Shown: piece by piece, positions 1 through 13,363 of the stretch
How positions within the stretch are numbered: position 1 is the stretch's first letter
Layout of the letters: every line of letters begins with the position of its first letter
DNA from: an uncultured Chthonomonadaceae bacterium
Lineage (GTDB): Bacteria; Armatimonadota; Chthonomonadetes; Chthonomonadales; Chthonomonadaceae
Direction: 5' to 3'
NCBI GenBank assembly: GCA_963817895.1
Contig: CAWFQB010000001.1
Span: forward strand, 384,001-448,000
Length of the DNA stretch: 64,000 nt
The notes under the pieces: generated by a model
The model's database searches: none
Told to the model about the DNA's origin: nothing
What the model saw: the letters and a program-made list of their open reading frames with translations, nothing else
Translations under genes and position numbers: made by a program

Positions 1-141
1 TAGGACGGTTGAGCAGAGAGTAGGTTGTTAGTTGTAAGGTTGTTAGGATGATACAAGAGTAACACGTTTTCTTTTGCGTACAAGGCTGTCAATTTACCGC
101 CTAACAACCTGACAACTAACAACCTGACAACGGAGTTTCCT

Positions 142-982
142 ATGTCCTTCTTTCCTCCCGATTGCGAAGAGATTGTACGGCGCGCGCTGCTGGAAGATGT
201 GGGTACGGGTGATGTGACCACGCTGTTTACAGTTCCGCCGAATGCGCAGGCGACGGCGCGGATGGTTGCGAAATCACCGGGCATTATCGCGGGGCTGCCG
301 GTTGTCGAGGCCGTGCTGCGCCAGATTGACCCGGATGTTCGCGGAACGCGCCTTGTGGAGGAGGGAGCGCGCGTTCGTTGCCGGGGAACCCATTTTCACC
401 ATGCAGGGACGGGCGCAGAGTCTTCTTACTGCCGAGCGGGTCGCGCTGAATTTCGCGCAGCGGTTATCCGGCATTGCCACGAAAACTGCCCGCTTTGTGG
501 AACTAGTGGCCGGGACGCGGGCGCGGATTGTGGACACGCGCAAAACCACGCCCGGACTGCGCGCGCTGGAAAAATACGCCGTCCGTGTGGGCGGCGGCTA
601 CAACCATCGTTTTGGCCTGTACGACGCCATCCTCATCAAAGACAACCATATCGCGGCCAGTGGCGGCATTGCCCTCGCGGTGCAAAACGCCTTCGCCCAC
701 GCCCCGCACACTATGACGGTAACGGTGGAGTGCGACACGCTGGCGCAGGTGCAGGAAGCGCTGGACGCCGAAGCCGACATTCTGCTGCTGGACAACATGA
801 GCCTGGAACAACTGCGTCAGGCTGTAGAACTCATTGGCGAACAGGCGGCAACGGAAGCCAGCGGCGGCGTGAATGAACAAACCGTTGCGGCCATCGCGCA
901 AACCGGCGTAGATATTATCTCCGTCGGCGCGCTCACTCATTCGGCAACCGCGCTGGATATTAGTTTGGATTTGACCCTGTGA
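142..982 (+). CDS. nadC: Nicotinate-nucleotide pyrophosphorylase (quinolinate phosphoribosyltransferase); one frameshift near 380
   Basis: The N-terminus ALLEDVGTGDVTT (frame 142) joins ER.ALNF.QRLSGIAT, DTRKTTPGLR, NHRFGLYDAILIKDNH and EASGG (frame 242). Confidence 0.95.
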
Positions 983-983
983 C

Positions 984-1763
984 ATGCCTCTCTTGCTGCT
1001 AAAATCCGTACCCTCCACAATGGACATAGCGCGTGAAAATGTGCTTGCGGGCCGCGTTCGGTTTGAAGCGTCCGGGCGTCCGGTTCCCAATGGCGTCCTC
1101 GCGGAAGAACAGACGGCGGGACGGGGACAGCGCGGGCGGCGCTGGTTCGCGCAGTCCGGCGAATGTTTGTGCGCCACCTACTATTTCGGGTGGGGTCTGG
1201 CCGCGCCCGAAACCGCCGGACAGTTAGCGTTTCTGGCAGGCGTCGCCGTCGTGGAAACTCTGGCCTCATCCTTCCTCCTTCCTCCCTCCTCCTTTGCCCT
1301 GAAGTGGCCCAACGACATCCTGCTCAACGGGCGCAAGGTCGGGGGAATTCTGATTGAATTGATGCAAACGCCGGGAGGGGAATGGATTGCGTTGATTGGC
1401 GTGGGGATTAATGTAAAGACGCGCGAGTTTCCCGCTGAACTTGCGGCTTCCGCCACTTCCCTGTGGCGTGAGGGTATAAAGGTTGAGGACATAGCGACGT
1501 TGGCGGAAGCGATTGGCGGCGCATTGGAACGGTTGGCGCATCTCCGGCAAGACCACGATTTCGAGGCCATTCTTGCCCGTTGGCGAACCTGCGACACGAC
1601 ACCGGGCCGCGTATTTGAAACTGTTCTGGAAGGGAAAACCGTTCAGGGCATCGCGGACGGCATCGAACCGGATGGCGCGTTACGGCTGCGACTGCCAAAC
1701 GGCTGCATCTTGCGCGTTTTGTCCGCATCCTCAATTCAAGATACGAGACACGAGGAGAATTAG
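984..1763 (+). CDS. birA: Biotin--[acetyl-CoA carboxylase] ligase, monofunctional (no N-terminal HTH)
   Basis: Motifs QTAGRGQRGRRW, LKWPNDI, KVGGILIE and IGVGINV. Confidence 0.93.
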   Translation: MPLLLLKSVPSTMDIARENVLAGRVRFEASGRPVPNGVLAEEQTAGRGQRGRRWFAQSGECLCATYYFGWGLAAPETAGQLAFLAGVAVVETLASSFLLPPSSFALKWPNDILLNGRKVGGILIELMQTPGGEWIALIGVGINVKTREFPAELAASATSLWREGIKVEDIATLAEAIGGALERLAHLRQDHDFEAILARWRTCDTTPGRVFETVLEGKTVQGIADGIEPDGALRLRLPNGCILRVLSASSIQDTRHEEN

Positions 1764-1825
1764 AAGATACAGAAAGTGTCAGGGAAGTTACTTGTATCTC
1801 GTATCTCGTATCTCCTATCTTTCCC

Positions 1826-2557
1826 CTAATTTTTCATTTCGTCAATGACGCGCTGCCAGCGGGGGGCGTTGGTGTTCAGGGGGCGGGCGATCAGGACGGC
1901 GACGCGCTCTTCACTCTCCGCGCTTGCGTCCGGTTTGGTTGTATCGGGGCGTTCGGTTTTCAGTTCCGCGATCTGTTCGCGCAGCAGGCGCAATTCTTCC
2001 TGCAATCGCGCCCGCGTGTCCGTCATTTCCAGCAGATGCTGCTTGACCGACAGGGGCAGCATGGCGACAGACGCCACGCAAAAGGCCAGCGTTTGCGGGT
2101 CGTCGGGCAGGTCCACATCGGGCATCGGCAGATGCGCATGGGCGGCCAGAAGCGCGAGATAGTTCGAGAACAGGCCGGATACGTCGGCAATCAGTTCGCT
2201 CAGGTCGTCCGTCTCTACGTCCCGGTCTTCCCACTCCTCCACGCGCCCGATGAGATAGGGCTGATCGGCTTCCATCGTTTCCAGAACCCGGAAACGCTCC
2301 TCGCACACCGCCAGCAGGTTCATGCGGCCATCGCGCAGCCGTTCCACTTCCAGAATACGCGCCACGCAGCCGACCCTGTGCGGGGTGGCGGGCTCGCCCA
2401 CTTCATTGCCCTCCCGTATCAGCACGACGCCGAACGGGGCATTGTTGTCAATGCAGGCGTTAATCATGGCCTTGTAGCGCTCTTCAAAGATGTGCAGTTG
2501 CAGCGGAAATTGCGGAAACTGTACGCTGTTGAGCGGAAACAGAGGCAGGGTATACAA
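1826..2557 (-). CDS. Lon peptidase substrate-binding domain protein
   Basis: LPLFPL..V.FP...L.LHIFEERYK.MI motif, with no AAA or protease domain. The true start is probably near 2576 (MSEPPRLY) with a 1-nt indel. Confidence 0.88.
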   Translation of the reverse strand: MYTLPLFPLNSVQFPQFPLQLHIFEERYKAMINACIDNNAPFGVVLIREGNEVGEPATPHRVGCVARILEVERLRDGRMNLLAVCEERFRVLETMEADQPYLIGRVEEWEDRDVETDDLSELIADVSGLFSNYLALLAAHAHLPMPDVDLPDDPQTLAFCVASVAMLPLSVKQHLLEMTDTRARLQEELRLLREQIAELKTERPDTTKPDASAESEERVAVLIARPLNTNAPRWQRVIDEMKN

Positions 2558-2575
2558 TCGGGGCGGCTCCGACTA

Positions 2576-3374
2576 TTATTTCTCCATACGGCGCAGCAAA
2601 TCGGCGCGGGCGGCGACACACAAAACGAGTTCTTCTTGTTTACCATGCGCCTGCAAGGGTTGAGATTGGTACAGGGCAATGGCGGCGTTGAAATGCGTCA
2701 GGGCGCGGACTGTATTGTTCGGCTCATCAATTAGTACGTTTGCCAGTAGATTGCCCAATTGGTGGTGACACTCCGCTTGCGCAAGCCAAATGGCTTCCGA
2801 TTCCGTATCTTCAGTCGGTTCGGCAGGCCCGTAAAGTTTCAATGCTTCGAGATAGTGGGCGCTGGGCCTCTTCGGGGCGGTTGCGCCGGAGAAAAATTTG
2901 AGCGATATGCAGGCAGCAATCCGCCTGCCGCGCCCAGGTTCCGGGTTGAAGCGCGAGCTGCTGCTGTTGCCGGATATAACGGGCGATCAGCAGATACAGG
3001 CGGCTCTGCGGATCGTTGCGCAGGGCGGCAATCCCGGCAAGGGCTTTGCGGGCGCACTCGCGGGCATGTTCCTGATCGTCGGGCGGGGATAATTGCCCGT
3101 ACAGGTCGGCGGCCTCCTGAAAGATACTGGCCGCGTCGGCATGTTGCTGTTGCCGCGCCAGCAGGTCGCCACAATGTCGGCAGGCATGGGCGCGAGCGCG
3201 GGTCAGGGCAACGGGAACGCCCCCGCTCTCCTCTGCCATGCGCCATGCCTCGGCATAATGCAGCGTGGACATTCGCCATTGCGCAAGCGCGTCCTGTTCC
3301 GCCCCCGCCTCCAACTGCGCCGCCCTTTCCGCGCATTGTTCGGCCTGTTCCTGTTGAGAATCATCAACGCTCAT
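2576..3374 (-). CDS. Hypothetical alpha-helical (TPR-like) protein; frameshift near 2850
   Basis: ORFs 2811..3437 and 2576..2842 join into an Ala/Gln-rich helical-repeat sequence. Confidence 0.55.
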
Positions 3375-3478
3375 AATAGTTCTATTACGGTCAGAGGAGG
3401 GTTGGTGTTGGCGAGCAAAGGAGTAATTTAGCGGCATACCGCCCTGAAGCGCCTTGCAGTCCGCAACGCAGACAGCAA

Positions 3479-3743
3479 TCAGCGACGCTCCTCAATGATG
3501 GTTTCCGAAAGTGGCTTGCCCAGAATAGGAACGGGAGGGGGGGTCCGGCTGTGGTGACAGGAAAGGACGCTTGATCTGTTTGACCAATCCCAACTCTTGT
3601 AGTACACGAAGCGCGGCTTCGCGTTCCGCTTCTGGTGATGGCGAGTTGAGAAGAGACTGCACCTCGCGTTCCAGTTCGCGCAAATCTTCCCTCGGCAAAG
3701 TTCTAATCTCATTCAGTAGTTGCGATAGTACTGCCTGCGCCGT
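3479..3743 (-). pseudogene. Orphan antitoxin-like small protein (ACG in place of the start codon, plus a frameshift)
   Basis: RBS AAGGAG, then ACG GCG CAG. The product runs QLLNEIRTLPREDLRELE... to a C-terminal GKPLSETIIEERR typical of VapB-like antitoxins. No toxin ORF follows. Confidence 0.45.
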
Positions 3744-3788
3744 TTCCTACTCCTTTCAAGTTAAGCAACCTCTTTTTACAGCATTATA

Positions 3789-5888
3789 CTACGGCCAGGG
3801 GAAGGTTGGTGTTGGCGTGTAGCGGTCGTAGAGGGCGGGAAGAGTGAACAAAATCGCGGTGGTGAACTCGCCCAACACCATTCCCAAAAAGAACGGGCGC
3901 AGGCGGGCGTACAGGTTCATGCCGCCATAACGCAGCACAACAGTTTTGCATAGCCAGGCGACGAAGCAGGGGAACCAGAAGACATCCATCGTCCACGTTC
4001 CCGAAAGCGCGTAGCCGAGCGGATGCAGCGGGAACCACAGCAGGCGCGTTCGCAGTGTCGCCAATCCTACCGTGACCAGTGCGCCGATGAAGAAATTGAT
4101 TGTGGCCCAGAACGGTAGGGGCGGGCCGCTGTGATTCAGTTGCGTATTCGCGTCGTTGAACGCCCATACCGGATTCATCTGATACACGTAGCTGTACATC
4201 TGCACCGCGCCGAAACGATAGGGCAACGCGATGTGCATATACCCCGACACGAGAAGCGCGACGACGAGCGCGAGCGTAAACACGCCGAGCAGCGAACTTC
4301 GGCGCACGCGAACGCCGTCCGCAAACTTCATCGAATCGAGAAATCCCGTTAGAATCAGACCGCGCTGATCCCGCATCCACAGCGCGTCCAGAAACGCCAG
4401 TCCCGTCAGGTTCGCGGCTCCCAGATTGCGAACATCGCCCACCATCCGGTAAATGTCTATGGGTCGGAAACTGGTTTCTGTCATCAGCATTCCCGACTCG
4501 CACGTACTCCGCGCCATCACAAGCGCGACCACGAACAGCAATATGGCAATTTCAAAGAGGGCCAGCCAGTACGACATCCCCAACAGCGACATCCACCCCG
4601 CCATGCCGAGCAAGCACACAATCAATCCCCAGAACGCCGTCCGGTAGGAGAGCAACTCATCCTCGGAATTTTCGATTTTCGATTTTCGATTTTCGATTGC
4701 CTCTCCTTTTCTCCTCTTCTCCTTTTCTCCTTTTCTTCCCACCGCCGCCTGCCATACGCGCTTCAAATGCGGACGGGCGGACCAGAACATATACGCGACA
4801 AGCACCACGTAGCAGCCGATAATCTGGTAGCCCTGATACACTTTGCAGCCGTACATGGGCATGGTTTCGGGCTGATACCCTGCGCTTGCCGCCATCACGT
4901 CTTCCACTTTGGTCAGCAGAAAAAAGAACCACAGGGAGAAAAGCAAATCCGTTGGCAGCAGATAGAAGAACCCGATGGCGGCGAACGACAGATAGATGTG
5001 GAAAAATCCCGTCTGGTTGTAGGGCGGCTGCGTGAGAAATTCGCCCAGGTTGATGTCGGTTGTTACATCCGGGATGGTCGGCATGTACTGGTGCAAACCC
5101 TTCAAGCCGAACACGCAGGCGGTTATGGCGAAGCCCATCCATGTCAGGCGGTTTTGCAGGAAGCCCTCTGTTTTCGCGCCTGCGCGTCCGCCGATTGCGG
5201 TTGTGTTTTCGCCCTTGACCATTTCGAGGGGCAACTGCACAAGCGGAAATGACAATTTTTCGTTGTCCACCCACTGCCGACGCAAAATTACGGCAAGACA
5301 CAGATACGCGGTAAACATCATCGCCACGAACACGCCCCACGCCAATAGCGGCATCACCCACAACTGCCAGGGGATATGCGCGCCGGGAGGCAGGTGGTCA
5401 TAAAAGTGCGCGGCTACATCCTGTTTGGCGTCGCCAGCCGGGTTCCAGGGGACGGCCCAATGCGGAATGTTCTTGAAAAACTTCTCTTTCCAGCCGTTTT
5501 CGGGCGTGGCGAAATAGTTGGGAACAACCAGAAGCGGGATCAATTTTTGCAGCAATCCGCGCGACGACACCATAGACGCGAGGAGCATCATCACATACAC
5601 GGTAAACATCTCGTGCGGGCGCAATTGCAGGCGAGTCGAGAACCGCCGAAACAGGGCTTGTACCCCAAGCAACATTACCAACATGCCAATCACAACGGGC
5701 GGCAACTGCAAAAATCCGATCTGGATTTTGCCCACAACCAGTTCCGCATAGCATACCACCACGCAGGTTATTGCCACGCAAATCAACCCTACCACAAGCG
5801 CAGGCAGGGTCATTGCGCTGACTCTGGCGTTGGCAGCCATCGAGGCATCGGCGGCAGTGAAATTGGGTTGTGTGGAGTTGGTTTGCAT
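3789..5888 (-). CDS. DUF6785/DUF6784-type polytopic membrane protein (putative transporter)
   Basis: About 14-16 hydrophobic segments, LRRQWVDNEKLSFPL, C-terminal WFPLHPLGY and RPFFLG. Likely start MQTNS at 5888. Confidence 0.75.
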   Translation of the reverse strand: MQTNSTQPNFTAADASMAANARVSAMTLPALVVGLICVAITCVVVCYAELVVGKIQIGFLQLPPVVIGMLVMLLGVQALFRRFSTRLQLRPHEMFTVYVMMLLASMVSSRGLLQKLIPLLVVPNYFATPENGWKEKFFKNIPHWAVPWNPAGDAKQDVAAHFYDHLPPGAHIPWQLWVMPLLAWGVFVAMMFTAYLCLAVILRRQWVDNEKLSFPLVQLPLEMVKGENTTAIGGRAGAKTEGFLQNRLTWMGFAITACVFGLKGLHQYMPTIPDVTTDINLGEFLTQPPYNQTGFFHIYLSFAAIGFFYLLPTDLLFSLWFFFLLTKVEDVMAASAGYQPETMPMYGCKVYQGYQIIGCYVVLVAYMFWSARPHLKRVWQAAVGRKGEKEKRRKGEAIENRKSKIENSEDELLSYRTAFWGLIVCLLGMAGWMSLLGMSYWLALFEIAILLFVVALVMARSTCESGMLMTETSFRPIDIYRMVGDVRNLGAANLTGLAFLDALWMRDQRGLILTGFLDSMKFADGVRVRRSSLLGVFTLALVVALLVSGYMHIALPYRFGAVQMYSYVYQMNPVWAFNDANTQLNHSGPPLPFWATINFFIGALVTVGLATLRTRLLWFPLHPLGYALSGTWTMDVFWFPCFVAWLCKTVVLRYGGMNLYARLRPFFLGMVLGEFTTAILFTLPALYDRYTPTPTFPWP

Positions 5889-6151
5889 AACGCCGCAATG
5901 TTCTTGCAACATTGCTGTTTTTCCTGCCTTGCTGAAAATACCTCGGTCAAAAATCAATGCTTCAACGCGCAATTTATGCAACAATGGAAGCGATTGGCTG
6001 TCATAAGTATTCAAGAAGGCGCGAAAACTATTCCGCCAGATTTGTGTTGTTCTGTGCTTGCTTGCTATCGGCCCCGCCGCCGCTGTGAGTTTGCCTGCTG
6101 TTTGATACGGGCTTTCCATCCGGCCCGTCTTTCGCTGTTGAGGAACTTGCA

Positions 6152-8758
<2,607 letters not shown>

Positions 8759-8824
8759 CGCCGTAGTATCGCCTTAACAGTCGAGATGGCTGAATACCAA
8801 TGGATTGAAGGCGGGACAAGGGGT

Positions 8825-9106
8825 ATGTCGAATCACACCGGAAGTCATTTGTTAAACGATGTTTTCTCCATTCTGGTAAAGGAGAAAGTGTTTGAACCGC
8901 CTGGCAGGGAAGCCACACAGAAGATTGTGCTGGAAATAGTCGAGATTGCCAGAAAAAGGTACGATTGTAACTACGGCGAAATTCTGGAAGATAATGCTCA
9001 AGCTCTGGGCGTCTGTCAACGTTGCCTAAAGCCCGCCAACAAACTGACGCGCGGTTTTTGTAGAAACTGCCATATAGAGCGCATAAAGTACGAGAAAAAT
9101 GAGTAA
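8825..9106 (+). CDS. Small hypothetical protein with C-terminal CxxC...CxxC zinc ribbon
   Basis: CQRC-x12-CRNC motif; GC is lower than the flanking genes. Confidence 0.55.
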   Translation: MSNHTGSHLLNDVFSILVKEKVFEPPGREATQKIVLEIVEIARKRYDCNYGEILEDNAQALGVCQRCLKPANKLTRGFCRNCHIERIKYEKNE

Positions 9107-9118
9107 GGTCAAACATAC

Positions 9119-9956
9119 ATGTCCAAACCATTCGACGCAACGCTGAAGACGCTTGTAGAAAAGTACCCATTGGCATGGCTGGCGCAGGCCGGTATTCCTG
9201 TCATGGGCAGCGTAGAAGTGCTTGATACCGATTTGTCTACGGTAACAACCGCCGCAGACAAGGTACTGCTCGTTCATAAACCGGAACCGCGCATAATCCA
9301 CGTCGAACTGCAATCCAGTCGTGATGTGGGCTTGCATCGCCGCCTGTTGCTGTAATGTACTGTTGTACGACCGTTACGGCTTGCCGGTACATACGATCCT
9401 TGTCCTGTTACGACCTGAAGCGAAAACGTCTGCGTTGACGGGGCGCGTCAGTTACGCTTCTCCTTTCGGCAACAGCACTTTGGAGTTCAGTTATCAACTG
9501 ATTTGCATCTGGCAGCAGCCCGTAGACATGTTTCTGAATGGCGAATTGGGAGTTCTGCCGCTTGCGCCTGTCAGCAAAATTTCACAGGAGGAGTTGCCGG
9601 GGATACTGCGGCAGGTCAGTGACAGGCTAGACCGCGAAGCCAGCCCTGCTGAAGCGGAAACCCTCTGGACGGCGACGTATATTTTGGCTGGCCTGCGTTA
9701 TCCGTCATCTGTGGTCGCACAATTATTTGCAGGAGTTAGGGACATGAGAGAGTCTTCCACTTACCAAGCGATTCTTGAAGAAGGGCGCGTCGCTGGTGTC
9801 AGGCATCTGTTGTTTGCGCTTGGCGAGAAACGTTTCGGTAAACCGAGCGCAACGATGCAAAGAATCATCGAAGCCATTTCGGACGCGCAACATCTGGAAC
9901 AATTGACAACGCGCACTCTGGACGTGAACAGTTGGGATGAACTGCTGGCGTCGTAG
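9119..9956 (+). CDS. Rpn-like PD-(D/E)XK / DUF4351-type protein; frameshift near 9350
   Basis: KPFDATLK, AD.V...IHVELQS, LPLAP, MRESSTYQAILEEG and C-terminal SWDELL. Confidence 0.75.
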
Positions 9957-9996
9957 CGCAGTACGCTGATGAGATGTGTGATGTGAGGAGAAGAAA

Positions 9997-11324
9997 ATGC
10001 TGGACATTGAAATCGGGGCGAAACGGGATTGCGAAGGCTTTACGCGCCGGGACGTGCTGCGCATCGGCGGATTGACGCGCGTTTGGCCTGACCCTGCCCA
10101 ATCTGCTACAGGCGCAAACCGCCAATCCACAGGCGAAAATCGGCAATCGTAAATCCGACATGTCGTGTATTCTGCTGTGGATGGGCGGCGGGCCGAGCCA
10201 TATTGACACGTTCGATCCCAAGCCCGACGCGCCGCAGGAGATACGCGGCTCGTTCGGCGTGGTGGAAACCAATGTCAAAGGCGTTCGCATCAGCGACCAG
10301 TTGCCCAAACTGGCGAAGCAGATGGACAAGTTCAGCATTTTGCGCTCCGTCACATCCCCGGATGGAACTCACGAAACCGCCACGCACTATCTGCTTGACC
10401 GGCTACCCGTTCGGCCCCGCCGCCGAATATCCCGGCTATGGCGCGGTTGTGGCGCGAGAAAAAGGCTTCCAGAACGGGATGCCGCCCTACGCAATGTTCG
10501 GCGGATTGCCCAACAATCACGGCGGCGGCGGCTACATGGGCGCGACCTACAACCCGTTTATCATCGGCGGCGACCCGAACAACCCGGCTTTTCGCGTGGA
10601 AGACGTAGCCCCCCCGAACGGCGTGGATGTGGCCCGCATGGATCGGCGGCGATTATTGCGCGGGGCGTTGGACGATTTTCAGCGCGATAAAGAAACGGCA
10701 AGCAAAAGCGCGCAAACAATGGACGAGTTTTATCAGCGCGCGTACACCCTCGTCACCTCGCCCGTCGCCAAAAAAGCCTTCAATCTCAAGGAAGAACCCG
10801 ACAAACTGCGCGATCAGTACGGGCGTACTTATTTCGGCCAATCGTGCCTGCTGGCGCGGCGCATGGTGGAAGCGGGCGTCCGCGTCGTGTCCATCAACTA
10901 CAACGGCTGGGACACGCACGAGAACAACTTCAACGCGCTTAAAAACAATCTGCTGCCTCCGCTCGATCAGGGCTACGCGGCTCTGCTCAACGACCTGAAG
11001 GAACGCGGGATGCTGGACACCACGCTTGTCGTCTGGATGGGCGAGTTTGGTCGGACTCCCCGCGTCAACTCTTCGGCAGGCCGTGACCACTGGCCCGGCG
11101 CGATCAGCGTGTGTATGGGCGGCGGTGGCGTGAAAACCGGCGTCGTCGTCGGCAGTTCCAACGAGCGCGGTGAATTTCCAAAAGATCGCCCGCTGCGCGT
11201 CGAGGACGTGGCCGCGACGATCTACAAGGCGATGGGCATCAACTACGAAAAAGAGTACATGTCGCCGCAGGAACGCCCGCTGAAAATCAACTACGACGGC
11301 ACGCCCATCAGCGAACTCATTTAA
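9997..11324 (+). CDS. DUF1501 protein with Tat-like signal; frameshifts near 10080 and 10395
   Basis: TRRDVLRIG, WMGGGPSHIDTFDPKP, CLLARRMVEAGV, WDTH and GEFGRTP..N...GRDHW. Confidence 0.92.
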
Positions 11325-11446
11325 TGGACAAATCACTTGAACATTGCACAACCCAGCGTTCGCAGCCAATTGGCCAGTAGGCCTAACAACCGGTATTTTA
11401 GATGCCGGGACAGCACGATTGTACAATCTTTAGTTGCTTTGTCCAT
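11324..11446. repeat. MITE-like element with imperfect ~30-bp terminal inverted repeats
   Basis: atggacaaatcacttgaacattgcacaacc versus the reverse complement of the right end, atggacaaagcaactaaagattgtacaatc. Confidence 0.45.
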
Positions 11447-11451
11447 AAGTT

Positions 11452-11598
11452 AGCCGCGAATAAACGCGAATAAACGCGAATAATTCAAGAACATCAGGTA
11501 AGCAGATTCATGGCACGAAAACGTTTTACACAGGAAGGGTCACAACCTTTTACTATCTTTTCTTCTCCATTCGCGTTCATTCGCGTTCATTCGCGGCT
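11452..11598. repeat. REP-like inverted doublet of (aacgcgaat) decamer arrays
   Basis: agccgcgaataaacgcgaataaacgcgaat ... attcgcgttcattcgcgttcattcgcggct. Confidence 0.8.
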
Positions 11599-13363
11599 CT
11601 TCTCGTTTAGTGTGTTGGCGCTGGTTGCGGGCAGTGTTCTGGCGCAGGGCGGCAAGTCGGGTACGCCTGCCAAAGCGGCGGCAAGTACGGCTCCCGCTTA
11701 CAAGGACGTGCAGGCGGTGTTGAAGGCGCGGTGCGTGGTGTGCCACAGTCAGCAGATGTTGAGCAATACCGTGATTTCGGGCGGGCTGGCATTGGACACC
11801 TATGCGGCGGTGAAAAAGGGCGTTGTGGGGGACAAGGGCGGGCATGCCATTCTTGTGGCGGGCAAGAGCGAGGACAGCGAACTTATCAAGCGGCTGGTGG
11901 CGACAAGCCCGACGAAACTGATGCCCAAAGGCGGGCCTGCCCTTCCGCCCGCGCAAATCGCGCTGTTCAAAAAGTGGGTGGATGCGGGCGCTCCGGGGCC
12001 GGCGGGCGAGGAAGCCACTGCGAATCCGGGCGCGGACATTTTGCCCATGCCCGCGCTTGTCGGGACGCAGGATGTCAACTGGAAAACCCGGATTGCCCTC
12101 GCCCCGGACGTGCTGGGCAAAACCACGCCCAAAAACCCGATGCTGGCCTTTGCTTTCAAAATCGGGCCGCTGCCTCCGCTGACTGCTGTTGCCTTTGCGC
12201 CCGATGGCAAGCATCTGGCAGTTGGCGGGTATCGGGCGGTGACGCTGTGGGATATGGCGACGGGCAAGCCGACAGCCGCTCTAACGGGATTGTCCGGGCC
12301 GGTGCAGGCCCTCGCGTTTCGACCGGACGGCGCGCAGCTTGCGGTGGCGAGCGGCAATCCGGGCGTGTCGGGCGAAGTGAAAATCGTGGACGCCAAAACC
12401 TTGCTCAGCGCCGGCCCGATGCTGACGGGACATGCGGACGTTGTGTTCGGCGTGGCGTGGAACAGCAAGGGAACGCAGTTGGTTACGGGCAGTCAGGACA
12501 AAACGGCGCGAATATGGGAGTGGCCGACGGGCAAGGAAAAACTGGTTCTCAAAGACCATTCCGATGCCGTCACCAAAGTCTGCTTCGCGCCGGATGATAA
12601 ATCCGTGTATACCGCCAGCCTGGACCACAACGCGCGCCGTTTCGATGTGAATGACGGCAAAGTTCTGCGAGTGTTTACGGGACACGCGGACGGCATTACC
12701 GCGCTTGCCATCAACCTCAAAGGCGACCGGATTGTGACGGCAGGACCGGAACCGGAACTGCGCTGGTGGAATGTGGATACCGGGCGACGTAGCCACCAAT
12801 CAGGGCGGGCATGGCGGCGCGGTCAACGACATTGCGTTCAGCAAGGACGGCAAATTCGTCGCGTCCGGTTCGCCGACCATACCGTTCGCCTGTGGGACGG
12901 CAACAGCACGGGCGGGTTGCGCAGTCTGGAAGGCGCGAACGACTGGATGTACGCGGCTGCTATCAGCCCGGATGACAAGTTTGTGGCGGGCGTGGGCGCG
13001 GACGGTATCGCCAATCTATGGGAAGCGGCAAACGGGACGATTGCGCGTTTCGCTTGCCGCCTGGCCCCCGTCCGGCAAATCCACCGCTATCGAATACGCG
13101 GTCATCACGCCGGAAGGCTATTTCGACGCTTCGCCCGGATGGGCCGCGCGCCTGCATCCCGCAACTTGCCGGAGTGGATACGCCCCTGCCCAAACTCGCC
13201 GGTTGGGCGCAAACCCTGCGTCGCCGGAAAATGTCGTCAAGGGCTGGCAGGGCGCGGCTCTGGACCCCGCCAAAATCGAGCCGCCCAAACCGTTGTGCCG
13301 GCCCCGGCGGTTACGCCTGCTAAAACCTCTGCCGCGTCCCCCGCGCCAGATAAAAGCAAATGA
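11510..13363 (+). CDS. Planctomycete-type cytochrome c domain plus WD40 repeat protein; several frameshifts in the 3' part
   Basis: ARCVVCHS...MPK....WVDAGA, followed by GH/WD repeats. Confidence 0.85.
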   Translation: MARKRFTQEGSQPFTIFSSPFAFIRVHSRLFSFSVLALVAGSVLAQGGKSGTPAKAAASTAPAYKDVQAVLKARCVVCHSQQMLSNTVISGGLALDTYAAVKKGVVGDKGGHAILVAGKSEDSELIKRLVATSPTKLMPKGGPALPPAQIALFKKWVDAGAPGPAGEEATANPGADILPMPALVGTQDVNWKTRIALAPDVLGKTTPKNPMLAFAFKIGPLPPLTAVAFAPDGKHLAVGGYRAVTLWDMATGKPTAALTGLSGPVQALAFRPDGAQLAVASGNPGVSGEVKIVDAKTLLSAGPMLTGHADVVFGVAWNSKGTQLVTGSQDKTARIWEWPTGKEKLVLKDHSDAVTKVCFAPDDKSVYTASLDHNARRFDVNDGKVLRVFTGHADGITALAINLKGDRIVTAGPEPELRWWNVDTGRRSHQSGRAWRRGQRHCVQQGRQIRRVRFADHTVRLWDGNSTGGLRSLEGANDWMYAAAISPDDKFVAGVGADGIANLWEAANGTIARFACRLAPVRQIHRYRIRGHHAGRLFRRFARMGRAPASRNLPEWIRPCPNSPVGRKPCVAGKCRQGLAGRGSGPRQNRAAQTVVPAPAVTPAKTSAASPAPDKSK

